A stretch of 40,944 nucleotides of DNA from Catajapyx aquilonaris (GCA_000934665.2 JYFJ02003488.1:1-40944); one strand, 5' to 3'. Positions 1 to 13,373 are shown, counted from the stretch's first letter. A program made the numbers and translations. Notes: generated by a model from the letters alone, not told the origin.

Positions 1-234
1 GTAGGAGATTCCTGACACCGCTGATAAAACCTTTTGTGCCCCCGTTTTGCCACACTGATACAGCCACCACACAGATTCCTACACCTCCCCACCCAATAGC
101 CGCATAGTTTAGCGACTATTCGCGCTCCACAACAATGCACATATGTCCCTGATATGTTATACAAACATTCATATCTGGGCGTTTGACCACCCCTCGTCTT
201 GGTTGGGGGTCGGGTTGCCAAAAAAATGACTGAC

Positions 235-364
235 CTTTGGCTCTGGTACGGGCGGCTGGAGCGTCTGAGGATGGCTTGGTCGGTGGTGATTGCCCACGGT
301 TGCTGTCCTTCAAGGCGCAGTCTCGCTCTTTTACTTCTTCCTTCACGGGTACTGCCTCCATGGA
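235..364 (-). CDS. Candidate internal coding exon (exon C) of an unidentified gene: SMEAVPVKEEVKERDCALKDSNRGQSPPTKPSSDAPAARTRAK(G)
   Basis: Minus-strand acceptor ttatgtattacacAG and donor AG|GTCAGT. The exon is 130 nt, phase 0 in and phase 1 out, and open in the frame delivered by exon 4731-4641. It contains a VKEE SUMO-like motif. Confidence 0.7.
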
Positions 365-1611
365 CTGTGTAATACATAAGTGAAATTCCAATTGAAGAGA
401 CAGAATATTTGTATCTAAATCATCACACCATTGATAGCTTTGTTCTGAGTCCGATCAGACAAATCAAGAGTAGCCGTAGAGGAATTGAAACACCAACCAA
501 TGTACAATAAAAAGACAGTAAGAGGTCTTTGCCAATGGGAGGGGGTAAAACGTTGAAGAAACTTTTCAACGTCGATTTTCAACAGTTCATCAATTAGCAA
601 CAAGGACATATCTGGGATAGATTATAATTATAGTATGCAGGCAGTGGTAAACTGGCCCAAAATTTTTCAAAACAATTAAAATCTCGCAATAAACTCACAC
701 CAAGTGTGCTATAACCTGCCCTTATTGTTCTATCCGGATTCTAGTAGCTAGTTCTTCATTTGTTCTGTTATGTTTGAAAATTATGACCTGCATGTAAGGA
801 TACCACCTTTATATACATAATTTCAGCAAGCAATAGGTATTATTCCTTATACCTACTGAATCCTGCTTTCATATTACTGTAATTGAAATGAATCGAGATG
901 TAATATCATAGTTACATTTTGTTCAATGTGTATAAAATAGTTTTGTACCAAGTATCCTGATCCTATACAACCACCAGCATTTGGTGAATACAATTGGTTC
1001 ACCAATATTTGGTGAATAGGGTTTCTCTCCTAACATTCACCTCGCTGGACTATACTGATAGTTTTGTAGCAACATATAAATAGACCATTTTCCACAAAAT
1101 GGCGAAAACGTATATCTTAAGGTGTCATTACTCACCGCATGTTTTGATGAAACGGCAGATGTGTACGTGGAACTTTCAATGCTGACTATTCGTAACATTT
1201 ATTATGCACATAATGGGTGGTTCCAGGTTGAGGGTCATCAGGTTCTGAGGCCTCTTTTCCTTCTCCTGGCAAGAACTTCAATACACGTAGGGTATTTAAC
1301 AGACTTCGGAGAGTGAAGAGACCAACAATACGGTAGTCCTACAGTATTTATCGATAGACCCCGCCACAAGGCACCACGAAAAACACAAAAAGAGCATTTA
1401 TGGTCGTGTGTTTGGACTCAGAAGTGTTGCAGTGATGTGTTTATGTTCAGATATTAGGTTGTTATCGTCGCATGTTTCACAATTTTACAATTAAAAATTT
1501 TAAAAAGTCATTTTCAAACCGGCGTAAAACGGGTATTACTGTACAACGTCGCACTTTATCGATCCACAGCTTGGACCGTGGCTGGGACCAATATCAATTT
1601 AATTCATTACA

Positions 1612-1936
1612 GGGAGACGGAGTGGCGCCGCGGTAACGCGCGCGCCCACGGAAGTTAAGGTCCCGGGTTCAATCCCCACCCGGGGTTTCCACCTTCTTTC
1701 GTGCAGAGTTGGGCCATCTCTGGCTTCGTTTCGGGTGGCAATTTCCGATAGACTAAGCCACCCGGGGGAGTTCACAAAATGACCACTACTCGCCCGCGCA
1801 CACGCACTTTGCACATCCCCTCCTAATTACCTTGGAGCATACTAACAAGATTAAATCTTGACTCGCTCCAAAAATAATCCCGATGGTGGTAATCCACCCC
1901 CCATATATGTGTAGATATGGGGTAATGCAAAAAAAA
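1612..1936 (+). mobile_element. tRNA-Arg(ACG)-derived SINE, full-length copy 1
   Basis: A box TGGCGCCGCGG (1623) and B box GGTTCAATCCC (1666). The head resembles tRNA-Arg-ACG, and the body is shared with the copies at 38683 and 40554. It ends in a 3' hairpin and an A tail. TSD is 13 bp, ttaattcattaca (1599-1611) / ttaatttattaca (1937-1949), with one mismatch. Confidence 0.9.
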
Positions 1937-2208
1937 TTAATTTATTACACATCTAATAGTGACCCCCAAATAAAATCAATGCATTGCTCCAATGCAATCC
2001 AAAATGTTTGAGCTCACACAGTGATTCTGAGATTTGTGAGGGCGATTTTAAATCTATTGTTAGCTCTCCTGTAAATTGTAAAATTGTATATTCGCCCTTT
2101 CTCCTGCAGAAGATATATGTTTGCCTGAAACTTTTGTGACATTCCAATTTTGAATATGACCATTCCACTCTGCTTCACCAAATACAAAATATTATGGACT
2201 TTCTCCTT

Positions 2209-2212
<4 letters not shown>

Positions 2213-2260
<48 letters not shown>
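2213..2260. repeat. (AT)n microsatellite
   Basis: Perfect AT dinucleotide run. Confidence 0.98.
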
Positions 2261-2263
<3 letters not shown>

Positions 2264-4640
2264 CAAATAAATTCTTCGTCGTCATGATGAAGAGTCTTGA
2301 CCTTGTCATCCCCCTCTTTGATTTAAAACTACTAAACCATCAAGTTTCCCCAAAATAAAAAATTCGCTGCCAGACCACATCTTACCCCCTCCAAAACTTG
2401 ATCCATCGTCCCCCACAACCTAGGACAAACACACTAGCACTTGCAACATCCTTGTGATCAATCCCGCATATATATTTTCCTTTTGGCAAAGAACGTGTGC
2501 AATAATGAAAGGGAAAAAGTAGCAGCTGGAAGCCACGTGGGGTATGGGCCATGTGAACGGGGATTTGTGCATGAGAAGCGCCAGAGCCCTAATTTTAAAC
2601 GATGGCAGTTGGCCCCGGACGGGAACCATCTGGTCCACCACCCAATCTCCACCCCCACCCCCTACCTCCCCTCCCACCGTCACCACCTCCTGCACCCCCC
2701 ACCACCCCAATTCACCCCAGCTGCCTCCGCCACGCCCGGTATACATAAAACAACACACACGTTTCGCTAATGTTCCCCCCACCCCGCACCGGAGAGGAAA
2801 AACGAGCCAAGTTTTGCCACCGTCTTTTGTCATCAACCCAGAAAGGAAAAGAGGGAGAATTGTTGAGGAAAAAAAAAAATAAGGATACGGAAATAAGGTG
2901 CGGAGTCTAACGGGCCTTCAGTATTTGAATAGGCTGGAAATTATTTCCTGAATTCCTGACCTGTAGGCCATACACCTGTGGAACAAATCTGGTTTGTATT
3001 AAGTAGATATTTGCTTAGCTAGATTGGAGTGAGGCTTCTCATTTGATTGGCACAAGTTTAGGTTCAATAATAGCTCAATTTCTGGGAGGTAATTGTGGGC
3101 GCAAAGTGAGGTAGGAGCGTGTCAAAAAGTGAGCAATAATTAGCTCATTAGGGAATCAATAATCTGCCTGCTATTTGACTACCAGGATAAGTATATCCCG
3201 AATCCTATACTGTAAGATGATATATTGTGAATAACAATTTGCTGGTTTTGAGTAGTTAGTCAAAAACACACAAAAATTTGCATGGGTAGGCTATACTGAT
3301 TAAAATATTCCTAGGCTTTAGTATTCTAAGACTTTTTGCTGTTATTGATCTGAAGCTTCGTCAGATGCCACCTACGTCAATAGCTGCCCAAAGTGTAGGA
3401 AACAAATGTATATTCTGAGGAAGTACAGTACACACTGAAATATTAGTACTGCAAGTTCATCCACCTATATTTTTCCTGCCTGGACCTGGCCGATTATTTA
3501 CTTAAAACTTGACCAAATTCTGATTTTGCCCCTGTTCAGGAAGAAAGGTAACTGAGCTGTGGCTGACCTATGCTTTTGGCTATATCATACACCTGCAGGG
3601 ATAGAGGGTGTGTGCAAAACTTCCGGCGGTCAATTAGCCTCCTCTTCATGAGGTCAACCTTCACCAGTGCTTGTTTACAGACTGTGATATTTTTTACTGG
3701 CTATGGTCTGGCACTTGACAAGCATGTTTATGCTAAACTCGCGGATATATATTTCCCCTCCCTGATGCCATCAACTCCAAAACTTTCCCAGTGATGCTAT
3801 GTTTTACTGTTTTAACAAATCCCTATGGCGTGCCATCATCCATGAAAAGTGCTACAGGTGACTCTCAGTGTCACCTCCACACACCAGATGACGTCATAAT
3901 GGACGTTATCTCCAGGCGACTGAATAGCAGATCTTTCCATTAGCGGCTTTTGTTTGTGCATGCCCACATTTAGCTATGATATTACCCTCCGGCAAAAGTG
4001 AGATGTGTACAAATGCGACCTTTTTGTTATGACGACAGATGTCCCAATTGTGTGACGTGAGTAAAAATAACCGTCATTATGCCAACACCAGCAGAACGTC
4101 AGTGGTGACAAATAGAAAATAATTCGTTTCAAGCTGTATCTAGGTGAGTTATATGCCACCGCAAATTCCCCAACGCATATCGAAACTTTATTGCAAAATA
4201 TTGTTAATTCAAAAGAATCGCCCTGATGGTGACATAGTTGCTGAATGATAATTGGTGAATCACTAAAGCCACCATTTTATTTATAAAAAGTCGGCCTGTA
4301 TATGTTAATTGGTTTTGCAATAAAACGCTTCAAATTACCGGTTTGTTTTGCAACATACTGTGCATATGCTACCAAAATGTTTTATATCCTTATAATTCCG
4401 GGTACAAATTTCGCGCCTGTTAAAAGCCATAAACAGCCTCCTTCGCCAAATTCCAACTCAAGCGGATTTTGAATATCCCACATGCAGCACGTGTGAGTGT
4501 TAGATGTGGAGTATAATTCGCCAAGTGGCCTCTAGACGCCTCTCGCCGCCATTGTGGCCACTTTAATGTTGCAAGAGAGCAAGAGTTGGACACCGGGTCG
4601 TGGAAAATGGGGGAGGGGGATAGCAGAATGAAATATTTAC

Positions 4641-4731
4641 CTTGAACGGAGCATTGGACATTAAATCCTCCTGTTCTACCGCATACACAGTCTCAAATGC
4701 GCCCACCTCAGGTGTTTCCACAGCTATCAAC
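4641..4731 (-). CDS. Candidate internal coding exon (exon B): (G)LIAVETPEVGAFETVYAVEQEDLMSNAPFK
   Basis: Acceptor tcttctttctAG and donor AAG|GTAAAT. The exon is 91 nt with only one open frame (phase 2 in, phase 0 out), which is the frame needed to join exon 36227-35932 to exon 364-235. Confidence 0.72.
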
Positions 4732-5682
4732 CTAGAAAGAAGATACGCAAATGAATCGACACATATCTGCACTCATTGTGTATGATTCTCGTTCTGAAAT
4801 ACAACATTTTGTCCTGAAAAACAGCCTGTTTCAGACAGAATGAAGAAGAAAAAAAAAATCCCCCGCAATTCCATAGAAACAAGGGTTCCCCAGCTGTATG
4901 CTCCCGTTTCCGTAGCCGATCACAAACAGCAGCTGACCTGCCATTCCCACCTTTCGCTCTTCACCTGCTCTTCTCTCTCCTCACATTCCATTTCCACAAC
5001 CAGTGCTAGATGCCCCACTTCCAAGACTCCCAGGAGAGAGCGAGAGAGGGGGAAAAAAATGGTGTGGCTAATTAGGCAAAACTAAGTTTGGACAGTTGCG
5101 GCGGACATCTGGCAATCTCTGAAATTTACCTACGGAATTTTGGCGCACGTGCCACCAAAACTGGCGTTTTTTCCCCCCCTCTCTCGCCTAGCTCTTTTTT
5201 TTTTTTAAAAAAGGGAGGAACGTTTACAGGGTGGCTCGAAGTTGTTTCTTGACTCAGAACCAGAAGGTGCTAGTTGAAATTGGGTGTGCATGAACATAAT
5301 GAAAGTAGTGGAAGTAATATTATTATCGACTATCCCGTGCAGATGTGAAGTCGTCGCGTCGCTTCAAGGCTACAGATTACAGTTATTACCATACGTGATT
5401 AAGCCTATACTGACAAGCTAGAGGACATCTATCTCAGATATTTTAGTTCCCCCCAAAGTTAAACCTTCCATCCCCACACCTGTACGTCCTGAACCACAGT
5501 TCCCAACACCTGATTGCTTTCAGACATGCTGACCCCCCATATCTGATTAATAATCAAGACAAACAAAATGGCGTAGAAAATTGGGTTCCCCTGACACGCA
5601 CCAACAACTCGTATGCAACAAGGAGAGAGCAAATATTTGTGCGCATAAGTTGCACCTCCAGCTCTTCCAGTTGCAAACTCAC

Positions 5683-5760
5683 AGCAGTAATAATCCGGAT
5701 CCGATACGTGCAACATGGCGGAGACATCTTCCGCATCTGCCATCCCCATCCGTGGATTCA
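5683..5760 (-). other. Possible alternative 5' exon or promoter-proximal segment
   Basis: Donor CT|GTGAGT at 5682, ATGs at 5749/5743/5716, and a YY1/Pho-like CCGCCATGTT motif. The ATG frames do not match the phase of exon B, so the segment may be untranslated. Confidence 0.3.
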
Positions 5761-6329
5761 AGAGCGGCCAGGAATGAACCCGGAATGTTCCGAAAAATTC
5801 CGAATGCGACCCCACCCGGCGCCTGCACTCAACCTATTATCCTACACTAGAGAGTCAGACGAAACCTCCAACAAAAAAAAAGTGAACCTTCTGCAACAAT
5901 GTAGAAATACAAAAAAAATATCCCCTACAACCATGACCAGTGGGCAAACCTTCTAGTTTGATCCCCCCCCTCCTCTTCCCACCCACTCCTCCTACCACCC
6001 ACCCACCTTTCCTCAAAACACTGTAGGCTGCACAATGCCGCTTGAGCTGCTCCAATTTCGCGCGCAAATCCGGCAGCTGTGCTCCGAGCAACCGCAGTTG
6101 GTGAATCTCATTACGCCAGACTTTTGGCCAAGGGGAAAGAGAGGGGGTGGGAGGAGAGTTGGGAGGGAGGAGGAGAGGGGAGGATTGTATGGCCAGGCTG
6201 GGGAGGGGAAAAAAAAGACACTATTTGACTGCATCAGCCTATCCGGAACTCTCCTGACCGTTTGGAGGTGAGAGGGAAGTCTTGTCGGATTATTGTCAAC
6301 CTGACCTTCAGGATAATAGTTCGGGACTC

Positions 6330-6330
<1 letters not shown>

Positions 6331-6393
<63 letters not shown>
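6331..6393. repeat. (AAT)21 microsatellite
   Basis: Perfect trinucleotide run; it explains the poly-I and poly-N ORFs in the track. Confidence 0.98.
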
Positions 6394-6394
<1 letters not shown>

Positions 6395-6805
6395 TAGCCT
6401 GTTTCCAAAATCAGGTGTGTACCGATACACAGAAGTACTTATAAATAGTGCGAATAAGTTGGTGAAACAGGATGCCTCTCTATCCGTTAGTTCTAGTGTT
6501 AATATCTTGATGTAGTTATGCTGAAAAATCAGATTTTTTTTGTCGTTTGTAGACTACAGGTGAGTACTGCGGAGGTTTGACACCAGTTAACTGCAATGAG
6601 TCCTAAATTTGTCATGCGTAACCAATGCAGTAAGTAGTTGTACTATTTTTTATAAGCGAACTGGATGAAAGGTCAAAACATACGTCATACAGTGCTTTCA
6701 AAAGGCATTGAAACCTTTTGAAATCGATTGTATTAATTGAAAAGTGATGAAGGTGAATACTAAAAATTAAAATATCTGCGAAGTAGATGCATGCTTTGTG
6801 ATCAG

Positions 6806-7143
6806 GTCTTGACTAAGGTCTGGGGACGGAAGTGTGTGGTTTTACTGTAGCTGTGGGGACCACTTCCAATTGTGGGGACATTTGTCGGTCCCAACAGGCT
6901 CACACACGCGAAGTGTACCATTACAGTGGGGACATGTGTAAATTAGTGGGGACATGTCCCCACTATTTTCATTTGTAGGTTTTCACAAAAGTCCATTTTT
7001 CTCAGCCTAGGTTACTTAGGGTAGGGTAGGTTAGGTAAGGTTAGGTTAGGTTAGGTTAGGTTAGGTTAGGTTAGGTTAGGTTAGATCAGTTAACACTCGC
7101 AGTGAAAAGTGATCAATGTCCGTCCCCACGCCTTAGTCAAGAC
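6806..7143. mobile_element. Non-autonomous TIR DNA transposon with internal telomere-type repeats (superfamily uncertain)
   Basis: 25-bp TIRs GTCTTGACTAAGG(TC/CG)TGGGGACGGA, 23/25 identical. There are several internal TGGGGAC subterminal repeats and an internal (TTAGG)n array. TSD is not clear; possibly TG if the ends extend about 5 bp. Confidence 0.8.
7016..7084 (+). repeat. Interstitial (TTAGG)n arthropod telomere-type repeat
   Basis: Eight perfect TTAGG units at 7041-7080, preceded by GTAGG and TAAGG variants. Confidence 0.95.
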
Positions 7144-7899
7144 AAGAGTGTGTGATTCTCAAGCCGTATTGGTGAATGTCCAGTGAGAACACGTGTGTGT
7201 ATAGATGGTGGAAGTTAGCGGTACTGTATGCCGAGCTGACGTCTATTGGAAATGAAGTATATCCAGTATGTTTTTATTACAAGTAATGCTTGCAAAACGT
7301 GTACCGGTGTATTATCTACCTATATCACTTGCATTTATTATTTACTTCAGAAAACAACCGCGCAACAGCAAAATGACGTTATTATAATGTGAAAAACCCT
7401 AAATGTCATCATGGTGATTTCTCTTGTGACACGTAGTAACACAAGCAGTAATATGTACGATTCCTATTCGCGTTATCAAACTTGCATGTATACCTCTACA
7501 GTGCATACTCATACGTAATAATCGCAAAACAAAAAAAGGGTCGTGCCATTAACATTAAAACATTGCAGCATCGGCTCTGTACTATACTACTCCTGAATTC
7601 TTTATGTGGAGGTAAACCGAGGCAGGAAAAGCGAAAGTGGGTGGGCAGCCAATGATAGCCATTACAGTTATGCACATTACTTGTACAGTGACTCGTCCCC
7701 GCTGGCACGCCTATGGTTGTCATTTTTTTCTGATACACCATTTCAATAAATGATAAAAATAATAAATGCGCTCTGTATTTGAAATAAACAAGGGTCTCTG
7801 TATGCTCACAAGTCAGCAAAAAATCGATCGCAAAACTTTTCATATAATATAAACCTGTTATGCAGTGATGGCGTAATGAAGGATTCATTATACTTATAC

Positions 7900-7911
7900 A
7901 TAATAATAATA

Positions 7912-7971
<60 letters not shown>
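7900..7971. repeat. (AAT)n microsatellite
   Basis: Near-perfect trinucleotide run; it explains the poly-L ORF. Confidence 0.97.
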
Positions 7972-9199
7972 TGACTAACAACAATGACGTATGTGAATGC
8001 GAAGTCGATGATTTATCAGGACGCTGTCCAGTAGGCAAAATTAGGAGCTGAGACAGAAAAAGTGACTGCCGGGAAATAATGGCTGGGTTTCACAAAAAAA
8101 TAAAGAAAAGGGGGAGTGGAGATGGTGGGTTGGTGTGGGTGGGAGTGGGTAGAGGGGAGGGGAGGGGGTAGGGAGCAAATCCTTCTCCAGATGTGCTCCT
8201 GGGCGAGAGACGCCGGCGCCCCAGATGCTGCCTACCGATCAGTTTCGATCTCCGGGAGCCAGATGGCACTGATGAGTTTCCGCGACAAAAATTAAAAGGG
8301 GGGAGGGCAAAGCAAAAGCTTGAGGGAAAACTCAAGCTGTTTGTTTTGCCTGCCTGCCTGCCTGCCTTTTCTCTCCTATTGGCTGCCCCTATTCCAACTC
8401 GTCTAGACCCCTTTTTCTGTCCTTTTCAGACGCGAGACGTGCAAGCTCCCACCCAGTTAGGGTGTTGCTGCACAACATGCCCGACAAATGAAATGCATTG
8501 AACTGTTATCGAAAAGTTAGGGGAGGGGGATTGGGAGGGGGAGAGGGAGGAGGATTCAAACTTGCCCCTGTATAGTACGGAGTGTGGAGAACAAGAGAGG
8601 CGCATGGGTTATCTAGCTTCCAGGATGAAGTCAAGGCCACTCCTGGTATGCAAGGTCCCCCCCTCCCCCTCCCCCAAGCGCCAGAGTACATGCGATATAT
8701 TGTAACCTTGACAGCACACAGAGAGGCTTACAAAATTATGCGTGAAGGGTACATTTTTATGCCTCAATTTAATTTTCAACGGTCGGACGTAAGTTTCATA
8801 GAAGGAACGATTTACATAATCATACGATCAAAATGGGGTGAAATGTATAGTAATTTTCGCGTAATTTTGTGGAGTGGTCAGTTTGCTTCTAGGTCCTGTA
8901 GAATCATGTTTGGAAAAATGACGCCATGTGGGGGTAACGTCAGATATGGTGTGTATGTTATATGGGGTGGTCGTTGTATGGGGGAGTGTGTCGACCTACG
9001 GCACAAGCTTAATACAAGAGAAGTGGAGTGTGCAATGCAGAAGTTAGACGTGTTTTGCCAGAGTTCTTCAGGAAGACGCCGGGAGTTCCCTAACAGGTTT
9101 GTCAAACTTTAAGCCTTCCTAAGAGACTTAACGTTCTGCATTTTACGCCTTCATATTGAATTATTGCGATATTTCCGTGTTGCTAGACCAGATGTGTAA

Positions 9200-9379
9200 A
9201 GCCTTGTTTCCACCGGAATAATTTTTGATCTGAACAAAATGCTAGCATAACAATTTTTTGTTGCTATAGGCGATGAATCATAAAGTAATAAAGTAATAAT
9301 AATAAAGTTTGTTTGCCTTGTGCTCTATTTTTGTGCTTTTCATTTAGGGCTCAAAAATTATGCCAGTGGAAACAAGGCT
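9200..9379. mobile_element. PIF/Harbinger-type MITE (180 bp)
   Basis: 29-bp TIRs AGCCTTGTTTCCACYGGMATAATTTTTGA (27/29), with a 3-bp TAA TSD at 9197-9199 and 9380-9382. Confidence 0.88.
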
Positions 9380-12300
9380 TAAGGTACATGCTAAGTTAAC
9401 TCATATGACGTTCATGTCAATTTTGGGGTAGCAATATTTTTGAGCACGTACTATCTCCTGAACATACACTACACCGGTGAATTTTTTCATATCAATAGCG
9501 GAGCACCATATTATCATAGTACTGATGCGAGCAGTCCTGCACAATACCATTGGTATGAGAATCAGTGCAACAGGGTATCAGAGCCGATTTGATTAAATGC
9601 TAATTATGTTACATATCAGCGGAAAACAGTACATCTTTTGTCCTGAACAGGAGGTTTAATGCACATTATTAACGTAACTTGATTAAATCAGACCATAACT
9701 AAAAATTATAGGCCGACTATAAAATTACCGCTTGTTTTGCGAACCTGCAAGCTTTCGTCCCTTTGATGCCAAACATGAAAGACGGGCTGATGTGCTTTGC
9801 TACTCGTTCCTCATTTTTTACTTAAAGCATCTATTGAAATTTTTCTCTTGGGTCTTGCGTATCAGTACCATCGTGTGTCACAAAACCCGACCTACTTACA
9901 GTACAAACGCATTTCAGAGTACTGTAGTACGATTGCAACGTAGGACCGCCTTTATGCTGCAAGTACGACAGCCTTTGTACAGTAGTAGCTTAAAGCATGT
10001 ATCTCGGTCCTCGGATAACAATTTTCAAAGAGAACGTCAACATAATTATCCACATGGATTGAAATGAGACGCACCGACTCCATAATATACACTCCCTTGA
10101 ATCCGAATAACGCACAATCATCATATTTCATCGGTTAAAAATAAAGATTATATAAGATAATATAAATAACTGACGGTGGAGAGAATATTCGTTGAAAATA
10201 CTTGGAGAAAAGTTGTGGATTACTTATCGTAAAATTAATACTCTGAAGACCATCACATACTGTACAGTGTACACCAGATACGGTATATAATAAGCTACTC
10301 ATTTGTTGTATGAAAGGCCTATTATCTGTTCAGCCGAAGAATAGCAATGTGAATCCCAAATCCCGATGTGTGTATTTGGTTAAATTAGGGATTACTGCAC
10401 TTGCAAGCTATGGCAGGTGTCACTATACTACAGCCTATACTAGGACCGAATGATGCATATAACGTGTTGTGGGATTAACCTCAATGTTCAGGGAACCATA
10501 GCCATTTCAGTATTCACACTATTCAAGAACAAAATTCCAGCTTATGAGAGTTGACTTAATAGCACAATGCTTTTTTTGCAGAGTGATGTATTTGTTTAGT
10601 TGTTTGAAAGGAACAAAATTAACAATTATATTCACAGCTTTAAACTCCAGTTTAGTCCAAAATTAATATATCAGACTTGGTTAAACCATGCTTAGTATTT
10701 TATTGACAATAAATCACTGGAAATTCCACCTATATTCCTCTTTTAATTTCAAGATATTAACTCAGGATTTCACGACTCAGAAAAACACCGTGTTCTGCAG
10801 CCAATCTCTGAATCTCACTTTAACTTACTTCCAAATAGGCCAGGTGGCGACACATGTTAAGCCTTAACTACAATATGTACCCATGTGTTCCTAACTTCCT
10901 ATTGTACCAATATACAAGTACAGTACATCTATCTCGTAAATATGCCTCACCCTGTACAGTCCTCTGTTGTATCACCTATGCGTCACAGTCGAAACAGAAC
11001 CCTCTCCCCCCAAAAATAACAGCGACATCAAATCCGTGAGTACATGAGATAGTGACTCAATCAAAATTACAGATTCCCAGGCTGTCCAATCGGATCGATG
11101 GATGACACCCGGTTTGGGCGGGTGGGCGACGCACAAACCTAAAGAGACGAAGCATCGTCCATGCCTCCACGGTGTGCTGGGGGAATTGGATAATTCACAC
11201 AGGCCATCGATTTGAACAAGCCTCATATCGCAGGTTGACCGACACATCCTCCTCTTGCTCCTCCTCTCTCCTCCCCATACACCCCTCCCCACACGCACAC
11301 ACATACACACACACACACTCCTGTTTCCACTCTTTCGGCGGATTATCGGTTTTGAATGTGTTTTGTTTGTGGGTAGGGCGGGAGAGTGTGGGGTGACGGA
11401 CGGGAGGGGGAACATATGCGTGTGGGACATAGAAGGACTCGGTAGACTCGCTGTACTCAATTATTTGCAACCAGATTGCATGCAAAGTAGCCAGCTACGT
11501 CCACACTCAAGTTGTTCCGGTAGGGGTAGGGAGAGAGGAGGAGGCGGGGAATCGGATATGTTCAGCCTTTCATCCCACCCCTCTCCCCACCATTCGACAA
11601 TCGGCCTGTAGTCCTTACTTCTTAATATTACATTCACTTCTCATTAATGAAGTGGTTAACGTGAGATGACAAATGCGTGATATCACCTAGGTATTAGGTA
11701 TTTTCATAGGCGACGACGAAGGTTAGGTTATGTAGATTCAGAATATGCGCAAGGTTGTTGCCTTCCAATTTGTGGTTTCGATTCGACACTTGTCGAGTTT
11801 GTTGGCATTCCAAATGTTCATAAGCAAAAAAAAGTACCATTGTTAAGTGCGTCCCTATCGGTAATGCAATCCTGATCATGTTCCCAGCCTATATATGGAG
11901 AACTGGAAATCAGGTAGCCAATTTTAAATATCAGATATAAAGTCTAAGGTGTGGGAGTAATCTGAATAATTATGGTGATTAAATTTTGAATCCTCGTATT
12001 TTCTCAGTTACTAATACAGTTTACTTGTAATATGTCGAGAGAAAACAAAAAAGGGGAGAATAGGCATTCACCGCATACTTCTTGTTTTTCTATTTATGTG
12101 CTCAATGTCTGACAACAAGAAGCCCATTGTGAGCATGTCCCATTTATCAAAATTCCGTAACTGAAATAGACTCAGACGTGCACAATGCTGTATATAAAGG
12201 GGTAACTAACTGATGCGTCACACTATTGATGACACTGCTTGCATTGTCAAGACTAACGATTGTGATGTGAACTTGCAATGCACATAACACAATACAAAAT

Positions 12301-13373
12301 TGAAACATTTTGCATTTTAAAATGTGCAAGAAAAATTATAGCATACTGTATGCATGGGAGATCTCTTCTCATCAAATATCCTTCAATAATTTGGAGTACA
12401 GGAACAAGGACCATCTTTGACCTGCTTTACTATGATGGCCGAACTTGGGACTTTTCAACAACAGACCAAAAAGTGCGTTTTGAACTGAAAAACACAATCG
12501 TGTTTACCATATCGCGATTTCACACGACCCTACAAACCAGCCAAAATCCCAAGTTCGTCTTTGAGAAAAGCACAATTTCGGACCACATTCTACCCTCCAC
12601 TTTCATATTAAAAAATCACTGGCGTCAAGAATCGAGCCGGATAAACAGAATTGAAATGCATGCAGCCTGGGCCTCACCCTTTCTCTTACCCCCCCTCCCC
12701 TTCACCACCACCTCCTCCTCATTCTTCTTCCATTCCTTCTTCCTGCAGCGACAAGCAGCCATGTTCCCCAAACCCCATAACTGAGTGGCTGGGCCCAAAT
12801 TAAAGTCAGCTACAGAACCGTCCGCATTCCCGATGCAAAGGGAGCCTTCGTCATGGAGATTAAACGATCAAAGAGATTCAGGGGATTATTGCCGCTGCTT
12901 TCTTTAAGAGGTCGCCACCCCTCCACCCCGCAAGATTCCGAAGAGAGTGGAAGATGTCGACGACACCACACTCACCGCTACTGCTTTCGACATTCTTGTC
13001 GCCTTAGGTTGCATTCAGTATGAATTTTTATGAATCAGATTGTTTGGAAGGATGGCTGATAATGAATCGTGGAAAATAAACCATCAGTTATTATTGATGC
13101 GAGGGAGTTTCAGCCTGACCGGACGGGCAGTCGGGTGAGATCGTTCGGGTCCCCCACCCTCGGGACTATGGGCTAGAGGGGGAGCCCCCGGAGAGTGCGG
13201 ACAGTTTTGATTTTTTGATTTTTTAAAAATTGTTTCCCAATTGTGATAACTATTGGAGTTTTGATTGAGAATCAGGATGCGTTTATTTTGTCGTATCTGG
13301 GAAGTTTTCCTGGTCTATTGCTTCTATGCATTGAAGAACCAGGGAAAGAAGTGGAGTGTCTTGAGGGAATGTA

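Noticed and set aside
1128..1250. Minus-strand CAAAACATGCG|GTGAGT as an alternative start exon
   Set aside because: Its phase 2 puts exon C in a frame that stops after a few codons, and there is no other support.
1599..1814. Near-identical 71/72-aa ORFs at 1599-1814 and 40701-40919, suggesting a duplicated small gene
   Set aside because: Both are the antisense strand of the same SINE family.
7016..7084. True telomere or chromosome-fusion site
   Set aside because: The array is short, in a single orientation and inside a TIR element.
6013..8038. Poly-I, poly-N and poly-L ORFs
   Set aside because: They are translations of (AAT)n microsatellites.
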